DNA of 64,000 bases from Eledone cirrhosa (Eukaryota): NCBI GenBank assembly GCA_964016885.1, contig OZ024743.1:33480001-33544000 (forward strand). Direction: 5' to 3'. The notes beneath the pieces are model-generated. The model had not been told where the DNA came from and did not search any database. It worked only from the letters and a program-made list of their open reading frames with translations. The position numbers were made by a program, and so were the translations under genes. Below are positions 11,505-28,125 of this stretch, one piece after another. Each line of letters starts with the position of its first letter. Within the stretch, counting starts at the first letter, position 1.

Positions 11505-13110
11505 ATGGTGTCGTGCGATGAATGGCATAGCAATATTATAAACTACTACAAGAGCAAAGGAGATCCACTTGAGGTAGGTAACAATAGAATCATCAGATTG
11601 ATGGACCAAGTTACGGAAGTTACTGAGAGGGTTATAGCACAATTAATTAGGAACAGAATCAAGTGAGACTAATTTTAGGAAGCTAATACCTTGGTTGACA
11701 AGGGATTTATGAAGAGTAAACTGATACCTACATTCAAACAACCATGCTACATAACAGCAAGACATGGGTCCTGACTTCAGAAGACCTGTGAAGGTTAGAA
11801 AGAAATGAAAATAGCATGTTCTATAGGATGTGTAATGTTAGGGTTAACAATGAAGTATAAGTAAGCTGAGAGAAAAACTCAGTGAGGGGTCTGATGCAGT
11901 GGGCAAAAGAGATTGCATTGGTATGGATATATGATGTATATGAAAGATGACAACTGTATAAAGAAATTCAGAGATATCTCAAGTAGATGGGATTCATAGA
12001 AAAGGTAGACAATAAGATACAGGATGATAGATGTAGGAAGCTGAATCTCATGACATAGAACTGCAAGCATTGTTATACAGAATTTCAGAAGACTCACTTG
12101 CCAGCTTAAAAATATGACCTGATCTTCCCACTCTATCCAGACTCGCCACCACCCACTCTCTCATCCCCCTGTCAATCTCTCCCACATGGCAACTTGAATC
12201 CCTGACATCAAACTTTTACTTACCCATGATACACCTATCCTCCTTTCTACATCCCCCATCCTATTACCTCTGACATTCCATAGAGTAGGGTGGGGGATGG
12301 CTTTGAGTATATGAATGATGACTTCCCATATGTTGGTACCATGATAAAATGTACCAAGCACATTCTATAAAATGGTTTAAGAAGGGCTTCCAGCTGTAGA
12401 AAACCATGCCAAAAAGGTTTGTGAGGACCCTTCGGCTGTTTCTAAGACAATACAACCTCCCTAATATTGGTGATCTATGCAATAATCACACCCATTACAC
12501 TCTGTAAAATGATTGGTAACAGGAAGGGCATCCATCTATAGGAAATCTGCCAATCAAAGGTCAAAAAGGACTTTCGCTGTGTAAAACAATTGGTCTCGAA
12601 CCTTTTTTATAGCACTGACTGGCTTCATGCCAGACAATCTTTTTGTAGACTGGTAGATACACAGGTTTTATTTAAGTGCATTTTGATAAAGAGAGAATTT
12701 ATTAAAGGGAAGAAAAAGTTTATAATCTTTTGACTCTCATGTAAATCTTTTAAAATTTAGTCTAAAATTCAATTTATCTATTATATAATTTTAAACAAGT
12801 TAATTATATTTTAGTGGCCTGGGAGCAAATGATCCACAAACCAGTACCAGTGGTTGGGGACCTCTGGTGTAAAAGCCGTGACAGCTTCCCTAATGCTGGT
12901 GCTATGAAAAAAATGCTCTTGACAAAACACAGGGATATATTTTAGTTAGATGTAGGCCCTAGGCCCATCTGGGCTTTTGGTAGAGTGCAAGATTGTATGT
13001 AACTGAGATGTGTGTCCTCCTAAGAGAAGAGGTCTAGTTCTGAGTATCCACTTGTTTTGTCAAGACCTGTCCAACCCTTACTGGCAGGGAAACATGTTAA
13101 ATGATGTTGA
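11505..13110 (+). mobile_element. Old, internally deleted RTE LINE (RT remnants plus long 3' UTR), interrupted by a hAT MITE
   Basis: YKSKGDPLEVGNNRIIRLMDQVTEVTERVIAQLIR and TMLHNSKTWVLTSEDL*RLERNE remnants; aggaagggcatcc motif; tail acctgtccaaccc...gttaaatgatg. Confidence 0.65.
12587..12866. mobile_element. hAT (Charlie-like) MITE
   Basis: Perfect 8-bp TSD gtgtaaaa (12579-12586, 12867-12874); degenerate TIRs caattggtctcgaacc / ggttggggacctctg. Confidence 0.8.
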
Positions 13111-14161
13111 AACAGATTTGACAGGTTGGGCTATCAAGCCAACAAATAATATCACAGAATATTACATTAATTTTTGACTTGTAATATTTCCTTGTTACTA
13201 AATGTCTGATATGGGCTTACATATTTGGAATAAAAGAATCCTGACTAGTTTAATTCACTAATCCTCAAGGAAATATAGCTTTCTTTCAACTCCACAATGT
13301 TGTATGTACAAAATTTAATGAGGCTAGCTGGGGCTCATAAAATTCAGTCTGAGGAAATGAACAAGCTATATTTATGATCAAAGAGAGCTGAGTGAAAAGC
13401 CTTAAAGTTTGGCTCTGGATTATATATATCTTTCATCTTTTGAATACAGTTGTGCATGATCTGTATAATATATGTTTGTGTTCATAATTATCATCATCAT
13501 CATTTTTACATGTTTGGCAAGCTTTCTATGGCTGGATGTCCTTACTATCAACAATTACTTTGTAGTATTTACTTGCATTTATAGTGTAGATCGCCAAGAT
13601 TAGTACATCTCTGACACAAATGAAGTGTCATCCCAACCCTTTTAGGCATGGTTTTTACAGTGGGGTATCACCAACCACTTACATTATCCAACACTAGAGA
13701 GGTTTGTTATTGTTTCAATTGAAGATCCCTGATCTCTGGGTGTTGGATGAGTGAGGTATCTATATTTATATGTATATTTGTACATATACATGTAAATGTG
13801 TATGTATAGAGTGTACATTAGGATTATAAGAAACTAAGATTATAATAATTGTATTAAGAGCCAGTGGAGCCAAGAATTTATTTTGACTAAACTAGTCAAA
13901 CTGTTGTTACTACCTGATGTAATTGTACTAAACTACAACTGCTATCCTGTTGAAGCTGATGCCAGCTTCTGGTTCTGTTGATTATACTATTTATATTTTT
14001 GTGTCTGTGTGTTCTTGAGTGTTTTTCCTGTTGTAGCTGCTGCCATCTTTACATTATTGTTATTTTTGGAATCACCTCTCATCATGCCCTTCTCATTATC
14101 ATGTGGTTGAAGATTTGATAATAGCTGTCACTAGGAAGGCAACTGCAGCATTTTATCTTAA

Positions 14162-14379
14162 CCCTTTCATTGCCATATTTTTAATGAAATACAATGCCTG
14201 TATGTTTAATTAATTTTGAAAATAACTAAGAATTTTGTGGAATTTAATAAAATTACTTTTACATTATGAACATTACTTAACAAAAATTTCTAAATTGAAA
14301 TTATGGAAAAATAAACATTTTAAAATCAGCTGTTTTATAGCATAAATCTGGGGTGGTTTCAGAGTTTGTATCAAAATGA
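14162..14379 (+). mobile_element. piggyBac-type MITE family A
   Basis: TTAA both sides; left end ccctttcattgccatattt matches the terminus of the 4901 piggyBac. Confidence 0.75.
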
Positions 14380-15496
14380 TTAAAACACCAGCCATCCCAG
14401 AAACTCAGCCCTCCCTTTCCTCTCCTCCCCAGCCCGAGACTAACGGCAACAATGTTGATTGGACATAATAATAATGACTACTACTATACAAAAGGAGCAT
14501 TTAGATAGAAACAAGTAATCCAAAACAGGTGAATCTCAACAGATATTAATTTGTATGATGATGAGGCTCTGTTGAAATACCATTTTCGCATCATCACATT
14601 CTCACAACATCCAAACCGTAAACATTTCAAAGATGTGTAGGTAGCTACCACATTTTAGACATACTACTGGCAAAAGGAATAGTATTCTTTTGCTACTATT
14701 TTCTTTTCTTCTAACAGGAAAAAAAAAATCATTAATCTTTACATTCTATGCATCTTGACTTCTTTACCATCCTCGGCTTACCATAATAATTCATACAGAC
14801 TCCCTCAATAGACATACACGCATCTGTGCACATATATTGATTCAGAATATATACACATCTTACTTTTACAGCTCTTTTACCATCCATCAACATCATCTTC
14901 CTAGCTAGCTCTATCAAGACTCACTTTTTCCCTTTCTTTCTCAAACATTAAAACTTATTCCTAAATATTAGTTTACGAATACTTCCATTTATATCTACAG
15001 AGACACTGAAGCATACATATTACTACATAGACACACCAGTTGAGTAATGTGTTACTTTATACACATAAAGAATCAATGTACTGACTGGTACTCGTGGGAA
15101 AAATTACATGTATATTTTTAACTATTATATTCATTCACAAATAATAAATCAAGTTATGTGTATCACATTTCTGAATGTGTGTAGCCGCATTATATATATG
15201 TGTGTATACATATTCATACACATTTTTTTTTATTATAACATTGTTATATAGAGAAGCAGATGTGATAATACATTCCTCTCTCTCTCTCTCACATTATGCT
15301 TTCCCTTGGTTATATTTTATGAATAATGAATCAAATTATATTTATGTGTTACATATATTTCTGCAATAAAGGTACATATTTCTTAGCTATTTTGTTTGAA
15401 ACATACACACTCGAATGTAATACATACACATTTCTTATAATTATATATACTTACATTTCCAGCAAAAGAAAATATATATATACATACACACACACA

Positions 15497-15653
15497 CGAG
15501 TTCCTGGTTTAAGGGTAGAGCCGTTACCTTTACAGGGGAGGTAGTGTTGCTGGAATAAGTGTGAATCTGAGGGGAATATGTTGAATAAAATCATAATTAA
15601 CTGATCTTTTGATTTTCTTTTACCCTAAACCAGGAACTTTTCAGCGCCCCTTG
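15497..15653. mobile_element. Tc1/mariner-like MITE
   Basis: Inverted repeats agttcctggtttaagggta / taccctaaaccaggaact, embedded in CA/TG repeats. Confidence 0.6.
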
Positions 15654-15667
15654 TGTGTATGTATGTA

Positions 15668-15803
15668 TCATCATCATCATCATCATTACGTCCGCTTTTC
15701 CCTGCTTGCAAGGGTGGGACGGGAACTGATTCTGGCTTGATTTCTACAGCTGGATGCCCTTCCTAACACCAACCTCATTTACAGTGAGGGCTGGGTGCTT
15801 TTT
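15668..15803 (-). mobile_element. 5'-truncated SINE family C (RTE tail)
   Basis: Near-identical reverse complement of 4675-4813. Confidence 0.85.
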
Positions 15804-16201
15804 TTTCTACAAGTGCGAAGCTGCAATGCAACGAACTTGTTGAATTTCTGTGGGTTTAAAAATGGTATGCATTTTTTTGTTAATAACGATTGTGTAACAT
15901 TAAACTCTAGTAGGTTTTGAAGCACCTAACTTCTGCTTTTGGAGCTATAGGGAGGTATTTTGATATTAACAGATATGTATATATATTTATTGCTTGCGAC
16001 GTTCAAATTAAAATAAACATAGGTAGAAGTATACTATCGGAGCAGACTGTTGACATCTGAAGCTCCATTACCATTAAGTTTGTTTTTAAATGCTGGCCAT
16101 TGTCTAACTAATGTGGTACGTAGCTTATGGTTAAACTTGAGTGTAGGTTTATAGATGACATTTGTTTGTGATGAGGCAATTTACAATTACACAGCCATAG
16201 T

Positions 16202-16264
<63 letters not shown>

Positions 16265-18082
16265 ATATATATGTATGTGTATATATATGTATGTGTATAT
16301 ATATGTATGTGTATATATATATATATATGTGTATATATATATATATATGTGTATATATATATATATATGTGTATATATATATATATATGTGTGTATATAT
16401 ATATATGTGTGTATATATATATATGTGTGTATATATATATATATATGTGTATATATATATATATATGTGTATATATATATATATATGTGTATATATGTGT
16501 ATATATGTGTATATATATGTGTATATATGTGTATATATATATATATATGTGTATATATATATGTATATATATGTGTATATATATATATATATGTATATAT
16601 ATGTGTATGTATATATATGTGTATATATATATATATATGTATATATATGTGTATGTATATATATGTGTATATATATATATATATGTATATATATGTGTAT
16701 ATATATATATATGTATATATATGTGTATATATATATATATATGTGTATATATATATATATATGTATATATATGTGTATATATATATATATATGTATATAT
16801 ATGTGTATATATATGTATATATGTGTATATATATATATATATGTATATATATGTGTATATATATATATATATGTATATATATTGTATATATATGTATATA
16901 TATGTGTATATATATATATATATGTATATATATGTGTATATATATATATGTATATATATATGTATATATATGTGTATATATATATATATATGTATATATA
17001 TGTGTATATATATATATATATGTATATATATGTGTATATATATATATATATGTGTATATATATATATATATGTATATATATGTGTATATATATATATATA
17101 TGTATATATATGTGTATATATATGTATATATATGTGTATATATATATATATATTGTGTATATATATATATATATGTATATATATGTGTATATATATATGT
17201 ATATATATGTGTATATATATATATGTATATATATATGTGTATATATATATATATATGTATATATATGTGTATATATATATATATATGTATATATATGTGT
17301 ATATATATATATATATGTATATATATGTGTATATATATATATATGTATATATATGTGTATATATATATATATATGTATATATATGTGTATATATATATAT
17401 ATATGTATATATATGTGTATATATATATATATATGTATATATATGTGTATATATATATATATGTATATATATGTGTATATATATATATATATGTATATAT
17501 ATGTGTATATATATATATATATGTATATATATATGTATATGTATATATATGTGTATATATATATATATGTATATATATGTGTATATATATATATATGTAT
17601 ATATATGTGTATATATATATATATATGTATATATATGTGTATATATATTATATATGTATATATATGTGTATATATATATATATATGTATATATATGTGTA
17701 TATATATATATATATGTATATATATGTGTATATATATATATATATGTATATATATGTGTATATATATATATATATGTATATATATGTGTATATATATATA
17801 TATATGTATATATATGTGTATATATATATATATATGTTATATATATGTGTATATATATATATATATGTATATATATGTGTATATATATATATATATGTAT
17901 ATATATGTGTATATATATATATATATGTATATATATGTGTATATATATATATATATGTATATATATGTGTATATATATATATATATGTATATATATGTGT
18001 ATATATATATATATATGTATATATATGTGTATATATATATATATATGTATATATATGTGTATATATATATATATATGTATAT

Positions 18083-18116
<34 letters not shown>

Positions 18117-18305
18117 ATGTGTATGTATATATGTGTATATATATATGTATATATATGTGTATATATATATATATGTATATATATGTGTATATATATATAT
18201 ATATGTATATATATGTGTATATATATATATATATGTATATATATGTGTATATATATATATATATGTATATATATGTGTATATATATATATATGTATATAT
18301 ATGTG

Positions 18306-18340
<35 letters not shown>

Positions 18341-18677
18341 GTATATATTGTATATATATATATGTATATATATGTGTATATATATATATATATGTATATA
18401 TATGTGTATATATATATATATATGTATATATATGTGTATATATATATATATATGTATATATATGTGTATATATATATATATATATGTGTATATATATGTG
18501 TATATATATATATGTATATATATGTGTATATATATATATATGTATATATATGTGTATATATATATATATATGTATATATATGTGTATATATATATATGTA
18601 TATATATGTGTATATATATGTGTATATATTATATATGTATATATATGTGTATATATATATATATGTATATATATGTG

Positions 18678-18708
<31 letters not shown>

Positions 18709-21700
18709 GTATATATATGTGTATATATATATATATGTATATATATGTGTATATATATATATATGTATATATATGTGTATATATATATATATATGTATAT
18801 ATATGTGTATATATATATATATATGTATATATGTGTATATATATATTTATGTATATATATGTGTATATATATATATGTATATATATGTGTATATATATAT
18901 ATATATGTATATATATGTGTATATATATATATATATGTATATATATGTGTATATATATATATATATGTATATATATGTGTATATATAATGTATATTATGT
19001 ATATATATATATGTGTATATATATATATATGTATATATATGTGTATATATATATATATATGTATATATATGTGTATATATATATATATATGTATATATAT
19101 GTGTATATATATATATATATGTATATATATGTGTATATATATATATATTGTATATATATGTGTATATATTATATATGTATATATATGTGTATATATATAT
19201 ATATATGTATATATATGTGTATATATATATATATATGTATATATATGTGTATATATATATATATATGTATATATATGTGTATATATATATATATATGTAT
19301 ATATATGTGTATATATATATATATATGTATATATATGTGTATATATATATATATATGTATATATATGTGTATATATATATATTATGTATATATATGTGTA
19401 TATATATATATATATGTATATATATGTGTATATATATATATATATGTATATATATGTGTATATATATATATATATGTATATATATGTGTATATATATATA
19501 TATATGTATATATATGTGTATATATATATATATATGTATATATATGTGTATATATATATATATGTATATATATGTGTATATATATATATATATGTATATA
19601 TATGTGTATATATATATATATATGTATATATATGTGTATATATATATATATATGTATATATATGTGTATATATATATATATATGTATATATATGTGTATA
19701 TATATATATATATGTATATATATGTGTATATATATATATATATGTATATATATGTGTATATATATATATATATGTATATATATGTGTATATATATATATA
19801 TGTATATATATGTGTATATATATATATATATGTATATATATGTGTATATATATATATATATGTATATATATGTGTATATATATATATATATGTATATATA
19901 TGTGTATATATATATATATATGTATATATATGTGTATATATATATATATATGTATATATATGTGTATATATATATATATATGTATATATATGTGTATATA
20001 TATATATATATGTATATATATTGTATATATATATATATATGTATATATATGTGTATATATATATATATATGTATATATATGTGTATATATATATATATAT
20101 GTATATATATGTGTATATATATATATATGTGTATATATTATGTATATATATGTATATATATGTGTATATATATATATATATGTATATATATGTGTATATA
20201 TATATATATGTATATATATGTGTATATATATATATATATGTATATATATGTGTATATATGTATATATATGTATATATATGTGTATATATGTATATATATG
20301 TGTATATATGTGTATATATGTATATATATGTGTATATATGTGTATATATGTATATATATGTGTATATATGTGTATATATGTATATATATGTTATATATGT
20401 GTATATATATGTATATATGTATATATGTATATATATGTGTATATATGTATATATATGTATATATATGTGTATATATGATATATATATGTATATATATGTG
20501 TATATATATATATATATGTATATATATGTGTATATATATATATATATGTATATATATGTGTATATATATATATATATGTATATATATGTGTATATATATA
20601 TATATGTATATATATGTGTATATATATATATATATGTATATATATGTGTATATATATATATATGTATATATATGTGTATATATATATATATATGTATATA
20701 TATGTGTATATATATATATATATGTATATATATGTGTATATATATATATATATGTATATATATGTGTATATATATATATATATGTATATATATGTGTATA
20801 TATATATATATATGTATATATATGTGTATATATATATATATATGTATATATATGTGTATATATATATATATATGTATATATATGTGTATATATATATATA
20901 TATGTATATATATGTGTATATATATATATATATGTATATATATGTGTATATATATATATATATGTATATATATGTGTATATATATATATATATGTATATA
21001 TATGTGTATATATATATATATATGTATATATATGTGTATATATATATATATATGTATATATATGTGTATATATATATATATATGTATATATATGTGTATA
21101 TATATATATATATGTATATATATGTGTATATATATATATATATGTATATATATGTGTATATATATATATATATGTATATATATGTGTATATATATATATA
21201 TATGTATATATATGTGTATATATATATATATATGTATATATATGTGTATATATATATATATATGTATATATATGTGTATATATATATATATATGTATATA
21301 TATGTGTATATATATATATATATGTATATATATGTGTATATATATATATATATGTATATATATGTGTATATATATATATATATGTATATATATGTGTATA
21401 TATATATATATATGTATATATATGTGTATATATATATATATATGTATATATATGTGTATATATATATATATATGTATATATATGTGTATATATATATATA
21501 TATGTATATATATGTGTATATATATATATATGTATATATATGTGTATATATATATATATATGTATATATATGTGTATATATATATATATATGTATATATA
21601 TGTGTATATATATATATATATGTATATATATGTGTATATATATATATATATGTATATATATGTGTATATATATATATATATGTATATATATGTGTATATA

Positions 21701-22423
21701 TATATATATATGTATATATATGTGTATATATATATATATATGTATATATATGTGTATATATATATATATGTATATATATGTGTATATATATAGTATATAT
21801 ATGTGTATATATATATATATATGTATATATGTGTGTATATATATATATATATGTATATATATGTGTATATATATATATATATGTATATATGTGTGTATAT
21901 ATATATATATATGTATATATGTGTGTATATATATATATATATGTATATATAGTGTGTATATATATATATATATGTATATATATGTGTATATATATATATA
22001 TATGTATATATATGTGTATATATATATATATATGTATATATATGTGTATATATATATATATGTGTATATATATATATATGTGTATATATATGTGTATATA
22101 TATATATATGTATATATATGTGTATATATATATATATATGTATATATATGTGTATATATATATATATATGTATATATATGTGTATATATATATATATATG
22201 TATATGTGTATATATATATATATATGTATATGTGTATATATATATATATGTATATGTGTATATATATATATATATGTATATGTGTATATATATATATATA
22301 TGTATATGTGTATATATATATATATATGTATATATATGTGTAATATATATTTATATGTATATATATGTGTATATTATATATATATATGTGTATATATGTG
22401 TATATATATATATATATGTATAT

Positions 22424-22457
<34 letters not shown>

Positions 22458-22520
22458 ATGTGTATATATATATATATATGTATATATATGTGTATATATA
22501 TATATATATGTATATATGTG

Positions 22521-22556
<36 letters not shown>

Positions 22557-22856
22557 TGTATATATATGTGTATATATATATATATATGTATATATATGTG
22601 TATATATATATATATGTATATATATGTGTATATATATGTATATATATGTGTATATATATATATATATGTATATATATGTGTATATATATATATATATGTA
22701 TATATATGTGTATATATATATATATATGTATATATATGTGTATATATATATATATATGTGTATATATGTGTATATATATATATATATGTGTATATATATA
22801 TATATATGTATATATATGTGTATATATATGTGTATTATATATATATATATGTATAT

Positions 22857-22890
<34 letters not shown>

Positions 22891-23066
22891 ATGTGTATAT
22901 ATATATATATGTATATATATGTGTATATATATATATATATGTATATATATGTGTATATATATATATATATGTATATATATGTGTATATATATATATATAT
23001 GTATATATATGTGTATATATATATATATATGTATATATATGTGTATATATATATATATATGTATAT

Positions 23067-23100
<34 letters not shown>

Positions 23101-23105
23101 ATGTG

Positions 23106-23136
<31 letters not shown>

Positions 23137-23139
23137 GTG

Positions 23140-23170
<31 letters not shown>

Positions 23171-23173
23171 GTG

Positions 23174-23204
<31 letters not shown>

Positions 23205-23359
23205 GTGTTATATTATATATGTATATATATGTGTATATATATATGTATATATATGTGTATATATATATGTATATATATGTGTATATATATATGTATATAT
23301 ATGTGTATATATATGTGTATATATATGTGTATATATATGTGTATATATATATATATGTG

Positions 23360-23394
<35 letters not shown>

Positions 23395-23407
23395 GTATAT
23401 ATATGTG

Positions 23408-23438
<31 letters not shown>

Positions 23439-24488
23439 GTATATATATGTGTATATATATATATATATGTACATATATGTGTATATGTATATATATATGT
23501 ATATATATATATATATGTATATATAGTGTATATATATATATATATGTATATATATGTGTATATATATATATATGTATATATATGTGTATATATATATATA
23601 TATGTATATATATGTGTATATATGTATATATATGTTGTATATATATATATATATGTATATATATGTGTATATATATATATATATGTATATATATGTGTAT
23701 ATATATATATATATGTATATATATGTGTATATATATATATATATGTATATATATGTGTATATATATATATATATGTATATATATGTGTATATATATATAT
23801 ATATGTATATATATGTGTATATATATATATATATGTATATATATGTGTATATATATATATAATTATATGTATATATATGTGTATATATATATATATATGT
23901 ATATATGTGTATATATATATATATATGTATATATATGTGTATATATATATATATATGTATATATATGTGTATATATATATATATATGTATATATATGTGT
24001 ATATATATGTATATATATGTGTATATATATATATGTATATATATGTGTATATATATATATATATGTATATATATGTGTATATATATATATATATGTATAT
24101 ATATGTGTATATATATATATATATGTATATATATGTGTATATATATATATATATGTATATATATGTGTATATATATATATATATGTATATATATGTGTAT
24201 ATATATATATATATGTATATATATGTGTATATATATATATATATGTATATATATGTGTATATATATATATATATGTATATATATGTGTATATATATATAT
24301 ATATGTATATATATGTGTATATATATATATATATGTATATATATGTGTATATATATATATATATGTATATATATGTGTATATATATATATATGTATATAT
24401 ATGTGTATATATATATATATATGTATATATATGTGTATATATATATATATATGTATATATATGTGTATATATATATATATATGTATAT

Positions 24489-24522
<34 letters not shown>

Positions 24523-25399
24523 ATGTGTATATATATATATATATGTATATATATGTATATATATATATATATATGTATATATATGTGTATATATATATAT
24601 ATATGTATATATATGTGTATATATATATATATATGTATATATGTGTATATATATATATATATGTATATATGTGTATATATATATATATATGTATATATGT
24701 GTATATATATATATATATGTATATATGTGTATATATATATATATATGTATATATGTGTATATATATATATATATGTATATATGTGTGTATATATATATAT
24801 ATATGTATATATGTGTGTATATATATATATATATGTATATATGTGTGTATATATATATATATATGTATATATGTGTATATATATATATATATGTATATAT
24901 GTGTGTATATATATATATATATGTATATATGTGTGTATATATATATATATATGTATATATATGTGTATATATATATATATATGTATATATATGTGTATAT
25001 ATATATATATATGTATATATATGTGTATATATATATATATATGTATATATATGTGTATATATATATATATGTGTATGTGTATATATATGTGTATATATAT
25101 ATATATGTGTATATATATGTGTATATATATATATATATGTATATATATGTGTATATATATATATATATTGTATATATATGTGTATATATATATATATATG
25201 TATATGTGTATATATATATATATATGTATATGTGTATATATATATATATATGTATATGTGTATATATATATATATATGTATATATATGTGTATATATATA
25301 TATGTATATATATGTGTATATATATATATATATGTATATATATGTGTATATATATATATATATGTATATATATGTGTATATATATATATATATGTATAT

Positions 25400-25433
<34 letters not shown>

Positions 25434-26243
25434 ATGTGTATATATATATATATATGTATATATATGTGTATATATATATATATATGTATATATATGTGTA
25501 TATATATGTATATATATGTGTATATATATATATATATGTATATATATGTGTATATATATATATATATGTATATATATGTGTATATATATATATATATGTA
25601 TATATATGTGTATATATATATATATATGTGTATATATGTGTATATATATATATATATGTGTATATATATATATATATGTATATATATGTGTATATATATA
25701 TATGTATATATATGTGTATATATATATATATGTATATATATGTGTATATATATATATATATGTATATATATGTGTATATATATATATATATGTATATATA
25801 TGTGTATATATATATATATATGTATATATATGTGTATATATATATATATATGTATATATATGTGTATATATATATATATATGTATATATATGTGTATATA
25901 TATATATATATGTATATATATGTGTATATATATATATATATGTATATATATGTGTATATATATATATATATGTATATATATGTGTATATATATATATATA
26001 TGTATATATATGTGTATATATATATATATATGTATATATATGTGTATATATATATGTATATATATGTGTATATATATATGTATATATATGTGTATATATA
26101 TATGTATATATATTGTGTATATATATATGTATATATATGTGTATATATATATGTATATATATGTGTATATATATATGTATATATATGTGTATATATATGT
26201 GTATATATATGTGTATATATATGTGTATATATATATATATGTG

Positions 26244-26278
<35 letters not shown>

Positions 26279-26487
26279 GTATATATATGTGTATATATAT
26301 ATATATGTGTATATATATATATATATGTGTATATATATATATATATGTGTATATATATATATATATGTGTATATATATATATATATGTGTATATATATAT
26401 ATATATGTGTATATATATATATATATGTGTATATATATATATGTGTATATATATATATATATGTGTATATATATATATATGTGTATA

Positions 26488-26518
<31 letters not shown>

Positions 26519-26544
26519 GTGTATATATATATGTATATATATAT
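16202..26544. repeat. ~10.3-kb (TA/TG) compound microsatellite with a 30-bp higher-order unit
   Basis: Dominant unit tatgtgtatatatatatatatatgtatata, perfectly periodic over ~20661-21530; almost no C on the + strand. Confidence 0.98.
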
Positions 26545-27925
26545 CATCATCATCATCATCATCAACGTTTAACGTCCGTGTTCCACGCTTGCATGGGTTT
26601 GGACGGGGGTAGTCCCACTTGAGGCAAGAGTGATTGTCTTGCTCGCATAGGACTGTCTGGCAGGTTTTCTACAGTTGGATGCCCTTCCTAACACCAACCA
26701 CATTTACAGTGTGGGTCTGGGAGGTTTTTACCGTGTTGCCTACACGGCCACATTACAGCGTGGACTGTGTGTTTTTTTGTCGTGACACCTACACGATCTC
26801 ATTTGTTTCGGCCTCGATGGCGCGGCACCAACATAACTTTACATAGAACGGGGTGGTGTGGATGGGGTAGGGGTGGGGGTGGTGGGACGGGGTGTATTTT
26901 GTTAGGGATGCCTACTGGCTGGAGTAGGTTTTACTATATATTTAGGTAAGGCGGGTCTTCTCTGTTACTGAGTACCGCCAAAGGTCTCGGTCCAGTGACA
27001 TTGTCTTGGAGAGGTGTAAGTGTGTGATGTCGGAGTTTATCAGCTCGTCCCAGGTTTTTCTAGGTCTGCCTATTCCGTGACTACCGTCTATCTTTATTGC
27101 CCTGCACTTTGTTATACAGCTATCGACTATCATGCGCATCACGTGTCCATACCAACGTAGCCTTCTCTCGAGTAAACAACATCTGATCCCTCTTATCTCT
27201 AATTTTTTCCTTAGTTCGTTTATGCTTTGCCGTTCACGTATATTACTGTTACACATCCAGCGGAGCATGCAAGCTTCGTTCCTCTCTAGTCTGCGTATAT
27301 CCTCTGCACACAATGCCCAGGTCTCACTGCCATGCAGCATTGCTGTTCGTATGCAGGCATCGTACAACCTGCCTTTCATTTTTAGTGAGAACCCTTTAGC
27401 AGCTAATAGTGGTATAAGCTCTCTGAACTTTTTCAACCAGTTCTGACTCTAGCTACAGTACTTTCAGAGCACCCTCCCCCACTGCTGATTTTATCGCCCA
27501 GGTAACGGAAGCTGTCCACTATTTCTATAGAACCCTCTGCGCAATTGAAAGAGCTAGTAGCTTGTGGGCACTTGCTGCTACTTATTGCACCAGAGCACCG
27601 GCCACATGTAAAATCTATGTTCTTAGTTAGCTTACCTGTGATCCCACTACATCTTTTATGCACCCATACTTTGCATTTAGGACATAAAATGGAGTTTCTA
27701 CCTACGCCTTTCCTACACACCGAGCACGACCATTTCCCAGAAGGGACCGCCGCCTTGTTTTCTTTCCTACAAACTAGTACTTTGGTCTTAGCCAGGTTAA
27801 TTTTAAGTCCTTTTGACTCTAGGCCGTGCTTCCATGTTTGGAATTTCTTCTCTAGCTCGGCCATTGATTCCGCTATGAGTGTCAGGTCGTCTGCGTATAG
27901 GAGTTCCCATGGGCAGCCTGTCTTG
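26545..27925 (-). mobile_element. RTE-clade LINE, 3' 1.4 kb (RT C-terminal half, ~400-bp 3' UTR, (atg)n tail), cut by the assembly gap
   Basis: ELLYADDL RT motif, FRYLGD, MLHGSETW, RRLRWYGHVMR, GRPRKTW; tail ggacgttaaacgtt(gat)n. Confidence 0.92.
26942..27925 (-). pseudogene. RTE ORF (reverse transcriptase) with a single frameshift near 27435
   Basis: ORF pieces 27433-27925 and 26942-27436 join as RVRTG(W)KKFRELIP if one base is restored. Confidence 0.88.
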
Positions 27926-28125
27926 NNNNNNNNNNNNNNNNNNNNNNNNNNNNNNNNNNNNNNNNNNNNNNNNNNNNNNNNNNNNNNNNNNNNNNNNNNN
28001 NNNNNNNNNNNNNNNNNNNNNNNNNNNNNNNNNNNNNNNNNNNNNNNNNNNNNNNNNNNNNNNNNNNNNNNNNNNNNNNNNNNNNNNNNNNNNNNNNNNN
28101 NNNNNNNNNNNNNNNNNNNNNNNNN
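27926..28125. other. Assembly gap (200 N)
   Basis: Run of N. Confidence 1.

Noticed and set aside
16155-26622. Very long ORFs (up to 2062 aa, Y/I/C/V/M-rich)
   Set aside because: Artefacts of a TA/TG repeat that rarely forms stop codons; open in all frames
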